From the IMG/VR virus record IMGVR_UViG_3300020450_001021, positions 1 through 64,000 of that record: DNA of 64,000 nucleotides; one strand, 5' to 3'. The notes beneath the pieces were generated by a model. That model had not been told where the DNA came from. It was given only the letters and a program-made list of their open reading frames with translations, and searched no databases. A program made the position numbers and the translations under genes. Shown piece after piece: positions 1 through 7,944 of the stretch (its first letter is position 1; each line of letters begins with the position of its first letter). The stretch is from a virus.

Positions 1-433
1 TAGTGGGCAATCGTCCAAGAGCGACATTATCATAGTTAAGTTGATGTCTGTCAAATGTAGCAAGTTCATATTCTTCAGTGTGTGATAGACAATTTGTTGG
101 GCAATACTCTACACAATTTCCACAGAATATACAAGCACCAAAGTCAATAGAATAATTACGTAATTCTTTTTTCTTGGTTTCTTTATTCATAACCCAATCT
201 ACTACAGGTAGATTGATAGGGCAAACACGTACACATACTTCACAAGCGATACACTTGTCAAACTCGTAATGAATACGTCCTCTATACCTTTCGGATGGTA
301 TTAATTTTTCATAAGGATACTGTACAGTGACAGGTCTCCTTCCCATATGGTCAAGAGTTACTGATAACCCTTGTAACATATACTTAGCAGCATCTTTAAT
401 CTCTGTGAGATATTTAAATGCTTGTTTCATCAT
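1..433 (-). CDS. ndhI: NAD(P)H-quinone oxidoreductase (NDH-1) subunit I, 3' end runs off the window
   Basis: Manual translation [76 protein letters not shown]...[21 protein letters not shown]; two CxxCxxCxxxCP 4Fe-4S motifs typical of cyanobacterial NdhI. Confidence 0.95.
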   Translation of the reverse strand, partial: MMKQAFKYLTEIKDAAKYMLQGLSVTLDHMGRRPVTVQYPYEKLIPSERYRGRIHYEFDKCIACEVCVRVCPINLPVVDWVMNKETKKKELRNYSIDFGACIFCGNCVEYCPTNCLSHTEEYELATFDRHQLNYDNVALGRLPT

Positions 434-563
434 CAATTAATACCTTGTGAGCAGTGCCATGACCATCATAGTCATCACTATCATAATAACCTCCTTTTGT
501 ACCCATGTAAAGTGTTAATGTTACGAAGGGTATGCTTATAATTAACAAAAATATTCCAAACAT
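414..563 (-). CDS. ndhP: NDH-1 small subunit NdhP
   Basis: Manual translation [49 protein letters not shown] (49 aa); one TM helix plus [19 protein letters not shown], matching the NdhP C-terminal motif; overlaps the ndhI start. Confidence 0.85.
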   Translation of the reverse strand: MFGIFLLIISIPFVTLTLYMGTKGGYYDSDDYDGHGTAHKVLIDDETSI

Positions 564-862
564 TAATCTCTTTGCCTCCAATCATCTGGTCTTTCTTGAT
601 GAAACCAATCTACGATTTCATCTGGTGATCCGAAACCCCTTTTATGGTTACTTGAATCGGGGTCTCCTATATTCAAGTTATTCAGAAAAGAATCGTTAGG
701 ATTTGTTGCTAACCTTCTTGCTTGATTTAACATACCTCTTGCACTTGTATTTGCTTTAGATAGTTTTTCTGCCCAAATCATATCTGGGAGATCTACTTCT
801 TGTCCTGATGCTATTGCTTTACAAATTCCTTCAAGACGCAAACGATACTGAGTGGATAACAT
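563..862 (-). CDS. conserved hypothetical cyanophage/cyanobacterial protein
   Basis: 99-aa ORF; its stop overlaps the ndhP start (TAATG). Confidence 0.75.
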   Translation of the reverse strand: MLSTQYRLRLEGICKAIASGQEVDLPDMIWAEKLSKANTSARGMLNQARRLATNPNDSFLNNLNIGDPDSSNHKRGFGSPDEIVDWFHQERPDDWRQRD

Positions 863-905
863 GTATTAATATGTAATATTACTATTACTTATACACTTTA
901 TTATC

Positions 906-1259
906 TCATAATACCATGTCAATACCACTTGATCTATCACATGCCCATTTAAAAACTTCCGTTGCATGAAATCTTTCTTTTAAATACTCTACTGCATCTC
1001 TTGGTTTACCATTAGGAGCACATGTAAAGATATCACACTTGGCAATATTATGTTCAGGCCATGTGTGTATACTGATGTGACTATCTTTTAGTAAAGCAAA
1101 ACCAGTTACACCTTGAGGTTCAAACTTATGTGTCTCTACTTTTAAGTAAGGTGACTTAGCAACTATTGCTGCATTTATTAAACTATCCCTTACATATTCT
1201 TCTTCATTCAAAAGATCAACGAAGAGACATCCACGTAAATCAAATAATATATGTTTCAT
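906..1259 (-). CDS. speD: S-adenosylmethionine decarboxylase proenzyme (class 1b)
   Basis: HILFDL, HKFEPQGVTG, xSHISIHTWPE and DIFTC motifs. Confidence 0.9.
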   Translation of the reverse strand: MKHILFDLRGCLFVDLLNEEEYVRDSLINAAIVAKSPYLKVETHKFEPQGVTGFALLKDSHISIHTWPEHNIAKCDIFTCAPNGKPRDAVEYLKERFHATEVFKWACDRSSGIDMVL

Positions 1260-1390
1260 TAGTCCTCAAGTTTCTTTTTTTCATTCTGTTTTACTTTTTT
1301 AGCATAACTAACATCTTGTTTAGTATACCAATCAGGATGTTTTTTGGCAAGTTTTATTAATCGTTTTGCTGCTTTCTTATTTGAAATCAT
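1259..1390 (-). CDS. small basic hypothetical protein
   Basis: Manual translation MISNKKAAKRLIKLAKKHPDWYTKQDVSYAKKVKQNEKKKLED; translationally coupled on both sides. Confidence 0.6.
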   Translation of the reverse strand: MISNKKAAKRLIKLAKKHPDWYTKQDVSYAKKVKQNEKKKLED

Positions 1391-1506
1391 ATTAACCCTA
1401 GAGAACCTGCAGTTATTCCTATACCAACAACTAATGCAAATTCTAGTATGCCATGTGAAGCAACTGGGATCTCAGTAAATTTGTAGATTAATTCTTTGGG
1501 AATCAT
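1387..1506 (-). CDS. small membrane protein
   Basis: Manual translation MIPKELIYKFTEIPVASHGILEFALVVGIGITAGSLGLI; ATGA overlap with the next ORF. Confidence 0.6.
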   Translation of the reverse strand: MIPKELIYKFTEIPVASHGILEFALVVGIGITAGSLGLI

Positions 1507-1545
1507 GACAGTGTAAACTTCTGTAACAAAAGTATTTATAAAACT

Positions 1546-1626
1546 TTATGTAAAAACAATTCCACTAATCACATCACTATAGTATGTGTATACAAGAAGA
1601 ATACTAATGAAAGCAATATGTTGCAT
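1546..1626 (-). CDS. hydrophobic microprotein (26 aa)
   Basis: MQHIAFISILLVYTYYSDVISGIVFT, directly downstream of a consensus promoter. Confidence 0.45.
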   Translation of the reverse strand: MQHIAFISILLVYTYYSDVISGIVFT

Positions 1627-1651
1627 TGTTATGAGTAGAAATACTTACAAT

Positions 1652-1680
1652 ATTATATAGGTATTTATACTCTTTGTCAA
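1652..1680 (-). promoter_or_regulatory. sigma70-type promoter with a nested T4 late promoter
   Basis: TTGACA-17nt-TATAAT; the spacer contains TATAAATA (1662-1669). Confidence 0.75.
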
Positions 1681-1826
1681 CAGTTTTCTTCCTCATAGTA
1701 ATCTAATTTGTCAAGGAGTTTCTTATAATCATTACCTAAATGGTCTGATTGATTAGATACCATACTCTTATAGTATTGGCATGCAGCACGTATGTGCTCT
1801 ATTTCCTTGCTGTTAAAGTGAATCAT
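1677..1826 (-). CDS. small hypothetical protein
   Basis: Manual translation MIHFNSKEIEHIRAACQYYKSMVSNQSDHLGNDYKKLLDKLDYYEEENC. Confidence 0.55.
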   Translation of the reverse strand: MIHFNSKEIEHIRAACQYYKSMVSNQSDHLGNDYKKLLDKLDYYEEENC

Positions 1827-1856
1827 TTTTAAAAATGTACTTATCTATTGTAGCAT

Positions 1857-1885
1857 AAAAAAAGAGGGGTTGCGACCCCCCTCTT
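1857..1885 (-). terminator. intrinsic terminator
   Basis: AAGAGGGG/CCCCTCTT stem followed by a T7 run on the minus strand, just after the DUF4278 stop. Confidence 0.85.
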
Positions 1886-1889
1886 AATT

Positions 1890-2033
1890 TTAACTGCAAG
1901 GCGATGCCTTACTGTTAACTTTTATACCACGATACATTAGTTCGTGACGATTACGCTGTGCTGCTTCTTCAAGCACCATTGCGTTGTATTCTTCAGTGTC
2001 ATATTCGACACCACGATAAGTGACTTTTGCCAT
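1890..2033 (-). CDS. DUF4278-family peptide (GS-inactivating factor IF7/IF17-like)
   Basis: Manual translation MAKVTYRGVEYDTEEYNAMVLEEAAQRNRHELMYRGIKVNSKASPCS; two YRG motifs; lies downstream of glutamine aptamers. Confidence 0.8.
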   Translation of the reverse strand: MAKVTYRGVEYDTEEYNAMVLEEAAQRNRHELMYRGIKVNSKASPCS

Positions 2034-2065
2034 TGGTTTTTCCAAAGTAGTAGGGATTTTTGCCC

Positions 2066-2158
2066 CGTTCCTTCAGTCAACATTTGCGTCCTTCAAAAAG
2101 GATGAACGAATCCGTTCCTAGTTTGACTTACTTGCGTCCCCATTTCAGAGGATGAACG
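2066..2158 (-). ncRNA. tandem glutamine riboswitch aptamers (glnA / Downstream-peptide type)
   Basis: Two units of CGUUCAUCC-hairpin-GGACGCAA...GGAACG (2113-2158 and 2066-2108); P1 is CGUUC/GAACG; located in the DUF4278 leader. Confidence 0.8.
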
Positions 2159-2182
2159 TTGTGTTAATATTAACACATTCAT

Positions 2183-2218
2183 ATTATATAGTCAAGTGAA
2201 ACTGTTACAACAGATACA
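2183..2218 (-). promoter_or_regulatory. -10 box with an NtcA-like site over the -35 region
   Basis: TATAAT at 2183-2188; TGT-N10-ACA (TGTATCTGTTGTAACA) at 2203-2218. Confidence 0.55.
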
Positions 2219-2220
2219 TT

Positions 2221-2898
2221 TTAATCTAATTCTGGTTCTATATTTAATTGTACTACTTCTTCCTCAGTTTTATATGCCCACTCATCTGTGTGTCCTACAG
2301 ACCACCACTTAGGTAATGTTTCTACTGCATAGTTTTGCGTACATACCTTGAAGTCAGGTTGTTTTAAGTTATCATTATCTACTAAACTATTATCAAAGAA
2401 CTGACATCTATTGTTTGGTTGTGCTGCAAATTGTCCGTTGTCTAATGCAATAATATTAAATGTTTTATGTTCTGGATCATGTTCAGAAAAATTTACATCC
2501 AATACAGAAAAATCAGGATGTGCAGTATCAATAGTAAATTCATACTCACCAGGATGCATCTTCTTATCCTTACCAAAGAAAGAACATCTACCTAGTATTG
2601 GTTTTTCTACAACTGTAATGTTATAGTCAAAGCAATCCCATAGTTCTAATACATCTAATGGCAATTGATTATCCCAATCAATATCTGGTTTCCATACGAA
2701 TGCACTTAATGGTAGTTTATCAAAGAGTGCACCATAGTCAGTCAGTAATGTCTCAAAGTATAATGCTTTTGCCTGTATACTTCTTACTGAAATCCAAATA
2801 CCAGGTGTTAGTTCTCCATGTCCTTTTTCTAAATCATAGAGATATTCTTTTTTAACCCATACTTTTCTAGGTGGTAAGGGATGAACTAAGTATGCCAT
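2221..2898 (-). CDS. conserved hypothetical protein of marine phages
   Basis: 225-aa ORF, coupled to the upstream ORF. Confidence 0.8.
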   Translation of the reverse strand: MAYLVHPLPPRKVWVKKEYLYDLEKGHGELTPGIWISVRSIQAKALYFETLLTDYGALFDKLPLSAFVWKPDIDWDNQLPLDVLELWDCFDYNITVVEKPILGRCSFFGKDKKMHPGEYEFTIDTAHPDFSVLDVNFSEHDPEHKTFNIIALDNGQFAAQPNNRCQFFDNSLVDNDNLKQPDFKVCTQNYAVETLPKWWSVGHTDEWAYKTEEEVVQLNIEPELD

Positions 2899-3053
2899 TA
2901 ATCCTCCTCATCCCATACGTTACGTGCCATGTACATCATTTTCTTTAATTTTCTTGCTGTCTTTTTAACAGGTCTAAGGAAATCTATTAATACAAAAACA
3001 CCCCATACTGCTGTAGCACCTAATGCTACTAAAGCAATCATGAGGATTTCCAT
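2898..3053 (-). CDS. small membrane protein
   Basis: Manual translation MEILMIALVALGATAVWGVFVLIDFLRPVKKTARKLKKMMYMARNVWDEED; carries a GGAGG RBS for the next gene. Confidence 0.6.
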   Translation of the reverse strand: MEILMIALVALGATAVWGVFVLIDFLRPVKKTARKLKKMMYMARNVWDEED

Positions 3054-3064
3054 GTTAGTTTCAT

Positions 3065-3403
3065 TCATGTTCTTACAACAATGTCTCCATCGTCATCGTC
3101 ATCGTCTTCATCATCAAGTTCATCTAATCTATTGTTGAGTGATTTTCTAAGATAACGATCACTAAATTCTTCATCAGGTGTAAATTTTAAATCGACTGTT
3201 CCCTCTACATCTAGTTCGGGTTTAAATTTTACAACCATTAATTCATCACCATCTTTTACGTTCTCTAATTCTGGATGTTGATATCTTTTTATTGGTTTAT
3301 TCATATCATTAATGCTTCTAATATTTGACCACATAAGGGCAAATGATGCACTTGCTAGGCACACTAACGCAGAAAGATATAGTAATGGAAGAAAAGTTTC
3401 CAT
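3065..3403 (-). CDS. DUF2973-like membrane protein
   Basis: N-terminal TM helix, HPEL...GDELMVVKF motif, acidic tail. Confidence 0.6.
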   Translation of the reverse strand: METFLPLLYLSALVCLASASFALMWSNIRSINDMNKPIKRYQHPELENVKDGDELMVVKFKPELDVEGTVDLKFTPDEEFSDRYLRKSLNNRLDELDDEDDDDDDGDIVVRT

Positions 3404-3405
3404 AT

Positions 3406-3486
3406 TTAATGTGGATTATATTTGTATAAAATAATTACAGATGCTATTAGTATAATAACAATCGAAGTCAAAATAAGATGAATCAT
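3406..3486 (-). CDS. single-TM microprotein
   Basis: MIHLILTSIVIILIASVIILYKYNPH; ATGA coupling with the upstream gene. Confidence 0.5.
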   Translation of the reverse strand: MIHLILTSIVIILIASVIILYKYNPH

Positions 3487-3797
3487 AATCTAGGTAATTT
3501 ATTTAGGATAGGAGATAAATCAGTTTCTACCATAGTTTTAGTTTTATCTGCTATATCATCTAATATATTAACATCAATATGCATAAATGGTGGAATAATT
3601 CCTAAAATTCTTAACAATCCATCTATAAACAATGCAAGAGTAGTAAAACCTAATATCATACTAATGATAGTTGCTTCACGATTATGCTTTGCCATTGATT
3701 CTTCATCTATTCTTCTTGCTTCTTCTACTGCTGCAGCAATTAAAATATCAACTTCGTCTTTTGTATAAGCATATTTTTTAATTTGTTCTTCAACCAT
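3483..3797 (-). CDS. hypothetical membrane protein
   Basis: 104-aa ORF with one TM segment. Confidence 0.75.
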   Translation of the reverse strand: MVEEQIKKYAYTKDEVDILIAAAVEEARRIDEESMAKHNREATIISMILGFTTLALFIDGLLRILGIIPPFMHIDVNILDDIADKTKTMVETDLSPILNKLPRL

Positions 3798-4470
3798 TTG
3801 ATTGTTTCTCCTTAGTTAACTGAACGGATTGCCAATCCCTTTCAAATATATCAACTCCAACATCAGTTAAAATATGATTATACATACCATTAAATATTTT
3901 AGGGGGCATGGTAACTATATCAGCACCCATGGCAAATGAATGTTCTACATCACCAACTGATCTTATAGATGCAGATAATATCTCAGGATTATTATACTGT
4001 GCACAAATATGTACAGGTAATACCTCTCTTATTCTTTTAATTAAATTACACCCACCAAACCTCTGATCGTCTACACGACCTACAAAAGGTGATAGGTATC
4101 TTGCACCTGCTTTGACCGCTAGGATCGCCTGAGAGACGCTAAAGATAAGAGTTACGTTTACACGTATACCAAACTGTACCAAATCATAACATGCTTTTAA
4201 ACCATCTGGTGTACAAGGTACTTTGATAGTTGCTATATCACCAAAACCACCACTCAATTTTCTTCCTTCTCTTACCATCTCAGATGCATTACCAACTACT
4301 TCCATACTGATATCAGTAAGACCAATAGTTTCTAATTCCTTATAAACATCCCAAGGATTACGACCACTCTTCATAATGAGAGTAGGATTGGTGGTGATAC
4401 CATCAATCAATCCTGATTGGAAATGCTTAGAAATTAATGCAGTATCTGCAGTATCTAAGAAAAGTTTCAT
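3790..4470 (-). CDS. talC: transaldolase (TalC/FSA family)
   Basis: LFLDTAD, GITTNPTL, IKVP Schiff-base Lys, VNVTLIFS, YLSPFVGR. Confidence 0.97.
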   Translation of the reverse strand: MKLFLDTADTALISKHFQSGLIDGITTNPTLIMKSGRNPWDVYKELETIGLTDISMEVVGNASEMVREGRKLSGGFGDIATIKVPCTPDGLKACYDLVQFGIRVNVTLIFSVSQAILAVKAGARYLSPFVGRVDDQRFGGCNLIKRIREVLPVHICAQYNNPEILSASIRSVGDVEHSFAMGADIVTMPPKIFNGMYNHILTDVGVDIFERDWQSVQLTKEKQSNG

Positions 4471-4496
4471 TGTTGTTTTCTATATGTATAGAAATA

Positions 4497-4525
4497 ATTT
4501 TATCAAATACAAGTTAGGTTGTCAA
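4497..4525 (-). promoter_or_regulatory. sigma70-type promoter for talC
   Basis: TTGACA-17nt-TAAAAT. Confidence 0.7.
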
Positions 4526-4534
4526 GTCCTAATT

Positions 4535-4558
4535 AAAAAAAGACCCCCGAAGAGGTCT
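4535..4558 (-). terminator. intrinsic terminator after psbD
   Basis: AGACCTC-TTCG-GGGGTCT hairpin plus T run. Confidence 0.85.
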
Positions 4559-4596
4559 GTAAGTTCCGAGTTGTAGAGACGCACGAAAAGGTCTCA
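4535..4596 (-). ncRNA. candidate short late sRNA or structured psbD 3' element
   Basis: TATAAATA (4601-4608) overlaps the psbD stop; then a GAGAC/GTCTC hairpin and a terminator; no credible ORF. Confidence 0.35.
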
Positions 4597-4603
4597 CTCT
4601 TAT

Positions 4604-5680
4604 TTATAATGCATTACCACGTGGTAATACTTCCTCTGGGAACACGAAGTTCTCATGAGGTTGGTCAACAGATGACATCCATGCTCTCATACCTTCATTA
4701 AGAAGAATGTTCTTAGTGTAGAAGGTCTCAAACTCTGGGTCTTCTGCTGCTCTTATCTCTTGAGATACAAAATCGTATGCTCTTAAGTTAAGTGCTAGAC
4801 CTACGATACCTATAGATGATGTCCACATACCCATGACAGGTACAAATAACATAAGGAAATGTAGAAATCTTTTGTTTGAGAAAGCAATACCAAATATCTG
4901 AGACCAGAATCTGTTTGCTGTAATCATACTATAAGTTTCCTCATCCTGTGTTGGGTCAAATGCTCTGAATGTAGAACTTTGAACCTTACCATCACTATAA
5001 ATTGAACTGTCTTCATACAAAGTGTTCTGTACTGTTGCACCGTGAATGGCACATAGTAATGCTCCACCTAATATACCTGCTACACCCATCATATGAAATG
5101 GATTGAGAGTTATGTTGTGGAAACCTTGAATGAATAAAATATAACGAAAGATTGCTGCTACTCCAAACGAAGGAGCAAAGAACCAACTGTGTTGCCCTAG
5201 TGGGTAGATTAAAAATATACTTGTGAAGACCGCTATTACTGCTGAGAAAGCAAGAGCATTGTAAGGACGTATCCCAACAAGACCTGCAATTTCAAACTGA
5301 CGAAGCATGAAACCTATGAGACCAAAGACACCATGTAATGCTACGAAGTTCCAGAGTCCACCGATTTGTAACCAACGAACAAAAGAACCCTGTGCTTCAG
5401 GTCCCCAAAGAAATAGCAAACTATGTCCCATTGCATCACCAGGTGTTGACACTGCTGCTGTTAGGAAGTTTGCTCCCTCAAGATATGAGGATGCTATACC
5501 ATGTGTATACCAACTTGTAACGAATGTGGTTCCTGTGAACCAACCACCAATTGATAAAAAGGCACAAGGTAAAAGTATAAGACCAGACCATCCGATAAAC
5601 ACAAAACGATCTCTCTTTAACCAGTCATCAAGTACATCAAACCAACCCCTTGTAGGTGCTTGTAAGGTAGATGCTACCAT
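4604..5680 (-). CDS. psbD: photosystem II D2 protein
   Basis: [18 protein letters not shown]...[10 protein letters not shown]. Confidence 0.99.
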   Translation of the reverse strand: MVASTLQAPTRGWFDVLDDWLKRDRFVFIGWSGLILLPCAFLSIGGWFTGTTFVTSWYTHGIASSYLEGANFLTAAVSTPGDAMGHSLLFLWGPEAQGSFVRWLQIGGLWNFVALHGVFGLIGFMLRQFEIAGLVGIRPYNALAFSAVIAVFTSIFLIYPLGQHSWFFAPSFGVAAIFRYILFIQGFHNITLNPFHMMGVAGILGGALLCAIHGATVQNTLYEDSSIYSDGKVQSSTFRAFDPTQDEETYSMITANRFWSQIFGIAFSNKRFLHFLMLFVPVMGMWTSSIGIVGLALNLRAYDFVSQEIRAAEDPEFETFYTKNILLNEGMRAWMSSVDQPHENFVFPEEVLPRGNAL

Positions 5681-5694
5681 TATTTTCTCCTATG

Positions 5695-5717
5695 AAAAAG
5701 GCACCCGAAGGTGCCTT
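5695..5717 (-). terminator. hairpin/terminator between psbA and psbD
   Basis: AAGGCACC-TTCG-GGTGCCTT plus T run. Confidence 0.75.
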
Positions 5718-5738
5718 GATTTAATTGTCAGTTATAAA

Positions 5739-6827
5739 TTAACCGATTGCAGGTGCTGTTAAAGCAACTGTTGTTGACTCTGCTGAAGCAAGGTCAAGTG
5801 GGAAGTTGTGTGCATTTCTCTCATGCATAACTTCCATACCTAGGTTTGCTCTGTTAAGAACGTCACCCCATGTAGGAACAATCTTACCGTTTGCATCTAC
5901 AACTGATTGGTTGAAGTTGAAACCGTTAAGGTTGAATGCCATTGTACAGATACCCATAGAGGTTAACCATACACATACCACAGGGAACACTGCTAGGAAG
6001 AAGTGTAGTGATCTGGAGTTGTTGAATGAAGCATACTGGAAGATAAGACGACCAAAGTAACCATGAGCGGCAACAATGTTGTATGTTTCTTCTTCTTGTC
6101 CAAATTTGTAACCATAGTTCTGTGACTCTAAACCTGTTGTCTCTCTAATAAGAGATGAAGTTACGAGTGAACCATGCATTGCTGAGAATAAAGATCCTCC
6201 GAACATACCTGCTACTCCTGCCATATGGAAGGGGTGCATTAGGATGTTGTGCTCTGCTTGGAATACAAACATGAAGTTGAATGTACCAGAAATACCTAGT
6301 GGCATACCGTCAGAGAAAGATCCCTGTCCGAATGGGTAAACCAAGAACACAGCAAATGCTGCTGATACTGGTGCTGAATAAGCAACACAGATCCATGGTC
6401 TCATACCTAATCTGTATGATAGTTCCCATTGTCTTCCCATGTATGCTGAGATACCGATAAGGAAGTGGAAGATAACCAACTGGTAAGGACCACCATTATA
6501 CAACCACTCATCTACAGTAGCTGCTTCCCAGATAGGGTAGAAGTGTAGTCCGATAGCGTTTGATGATGGAACAACTGCACCAGAGATGATGTTGTTACCA
6601 TATAAGAAAGAACCCGCTACTGGTTCTCTGATTCCGTCGATATCGACTGGAGGTGCTGCTATGAAAGCAACGATAAAGCATGCAGCTGCTGCTAACAGGC
6701 ATGGGATCATGAGTGTACCAAACCAACCAACGTAGATTCTGTTGTTTGTTGAGGTAACCCATTCGCAGAACTGAGGCCAGCCTGCTAGTAGACCATTCTG
6801 TCTACCTTGTTTTGAAAGAGTTGTCAT
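5739..6827 (-). CDS. psbA: photosystem II D1 protein
   Basis: Full-length D1 (NRIYVGWFG...[13 protein letters not shown]); no intron. Confidence 0.99.
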   Translation of the reverse strand: MTTLSKQGRQNGLLAGWPQFCEWVTSTNNRIYVGWFGTLMIPCLLAAAACFIVAFIAAPPVDIDGIREPVAGSFLYGNNIISGAVVPSSNAIGLHFYPIWEAATVDEWLYNGGPYQLVIFHFLIGISAYMGRQWELSYRLGMRPWICVAYSAPVSAAFAVFLVYPFGQGSFSDGMPLGISGTFNFMFVFQAEHNILMHPFHMAGVAGMFGGSLFSAMHGSLVTSSLIRETTGLESQNYGYKFGQEEETYNIVAAHGYFGRLIFQYASFNNSRSLHFFLAVFPVVCVWLTSMGICTMAFNLNGFNFNQSVVDANGKIVPTWGDVLNRANLGMEVMHERNAHNFPLDLASAESTTVALTAPAIG

Positions 6828-6829
6828 TA

Positions 6830-6945
6830 GTAAGACGTTTTAAATAGGGCTTCAAGGGTAGAAGCGATATTTATTTCCAGCAATCCCTCACTACTGGATA
6901 AAAGACGAAGTATTATACTGCCTATAGGTCTTGGTTTAAGAGCAG
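6830..6945 (-). ncRNA. PhotoRC-II-type cis-regulatory RNA in the psbA leader
   Basis: Hairpins CCAGUAGU-GAGGG-AUUGCUGG and GCUUC-UACCCUU-GAAGC with complementary loops (AGGG/CCCU); position matches the motif described upstream of cyanophage psbA. Confidence 0.7.
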
Positions 6946-7006
6946 TTTGTAGTCAGGGTTACGATTGTTTCGAGTCCTTCCTAATGTGTTGGTTTCCCAA
7001 CTGATC

Positions 7007-7014
7007 TATTTATA
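7007..7014 (-). promoter_or_regulatory. T4-type late promoter upstream of psbA
   Basis: TATAAATA; an overlapping TTGACT-17-TAATAT sigma70-like element lies upstream. Confidence 0.6.
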
Positions 7015-7057
7015 TTAACAAAACTTTACAGAAAAGTCAATAAGTATATATACTTAC

Positions 7058-7273
7058 TTACAATTCATGTCTTTTAACAGAACCTGTTAACTCGTTCTCT
7101 TTTAAAAATGCTTTAGCACCTCTTTGGGTGTCAAAATATTTGGCAAATCTAGGATCTAAATCCCATGAGGTAGGAGATATAAGATACTCTGTTCTACCTT
7201 CAACCTTCCTAGTTACTTTCCAAATCACATTATTTTGTTTATCTGATGACATAATTTTAATAATTGACTTCAA
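7058..7273 (-). CDS. hypothetical protein
   Basis: ORF track, 71 aa; true start may be the internal MSSDK. Confidence 0.65.
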   Translation of the reverse strand: MKSIIKIMSSDKQNNVIWKVTRKVEGRTEYLISPTSWDLDPRFAKYFDTQRGAKAFLKENELTGSVKRHEL

Positions 7274-7285
7274 TTATTTATATGT

Positions 7286-7540
7286 CTATTCACTTGATCT
7301 CCTATCAACATCAGACATAGTTTGAGTAGACATGAAATATTTCTTGATCACATCTATTTGATCTTGATACTTTGCAATGATATCTATTTCTTTTTCTATA
7401 GATTCTAAAATGTCAGTGTGTTCACCAACACCTGCAGGATGTTCTAAATAAATTTCAATGTTTGCTTTGTGCTTTGCAATATCACCTTGAGCATGTGCTA
7501 TCAATGCTCTTAGTATTTGCTCACGCATATGTAATGCCAT
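7286..7540 (-). CDS. conserved hypothetical phage protein
   Basis: HPAGVGEH motif; helical protein. Confidence 0.8.
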   Translation of the reverse strand: MALHMREQILRALIAHAQGDIAKHKANIEIYLEHPAGVGEHTDILESIEKEIDIIAKYQDQIDVIKKYFMSTQTMSDVDRRSSE

Positions 7541-7560
7541 TGTAAAAATTGTAACTGTAG

Positions 7561-7674
7561 TTATATATTAGCATATGCTACCGACGGAGCGATAGTAATT
7601 GCTGCAAAAATTAACACAAACAACCACCATGATCTATGGAGATATTTAATTTTAAAAATGTTATCTTTGTTCAT
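7561..7674 (-). CDS. signal-peptide-like microprotein
   Basis: Manual translation MNKDNIFKIKYLHRSWWLFVLIFAAITIAPSVAYANI; ATGA coupling. Confidence 0.5.
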   Translation of the reverse strand: MNKDNIFKIKYLHRSWWLFVLIFAAITIAPSVAYANI

Positions 7675-7874
7675 AATAGTGAACCTAATTGACGTACGTA
7701 ATCTAAACCTGATTCATTAGTACACCTATCAATAAAATGAGGATGCCCTTGAAGAAAAGGTACATCCTCTATAGCGTGTTCTATTGCTTCGTAAGAATCT
7801 TTTGCGTACTCGCAAATTTCAAAGTGATGCTGATCAGCATCATGGTATCCAATTGAGTAATGAGAAAGGGGCAT
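7671..7874 (-). CDS. conserved hypothetical cyanophage protein
   Basis: EICEYA.DSYEAI..A.EDVP motif. Confidence 0.75.
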   Translation of the reverse strand: MPLSHYSIGYHDADQHHFEICEYAKDSYEAIEHAIEDVPFLQGHPHFIDRCTNESGLDYVRQLGSLL

Positions 7875-7944
7875 GATCTTTCAATCCCTAAACTACATTA
7901 CTAATTATATTCGGACAACTTTGAATTGTCAAGTATGTGTGGAC

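Noticed and set aside
3085-3125. (tca/tcg)n microsatellite-like tract, also at 7993-8013
   Set aside because: Encodes poly-Asp runs inside ORFs
5307-6060. Plus-strand ORFs antisense to psbD and psbA (151, 60 and 84 aa)
   Set aside because: Shadow ORFs of highly conserved genes; no RBS or recognisable motifs
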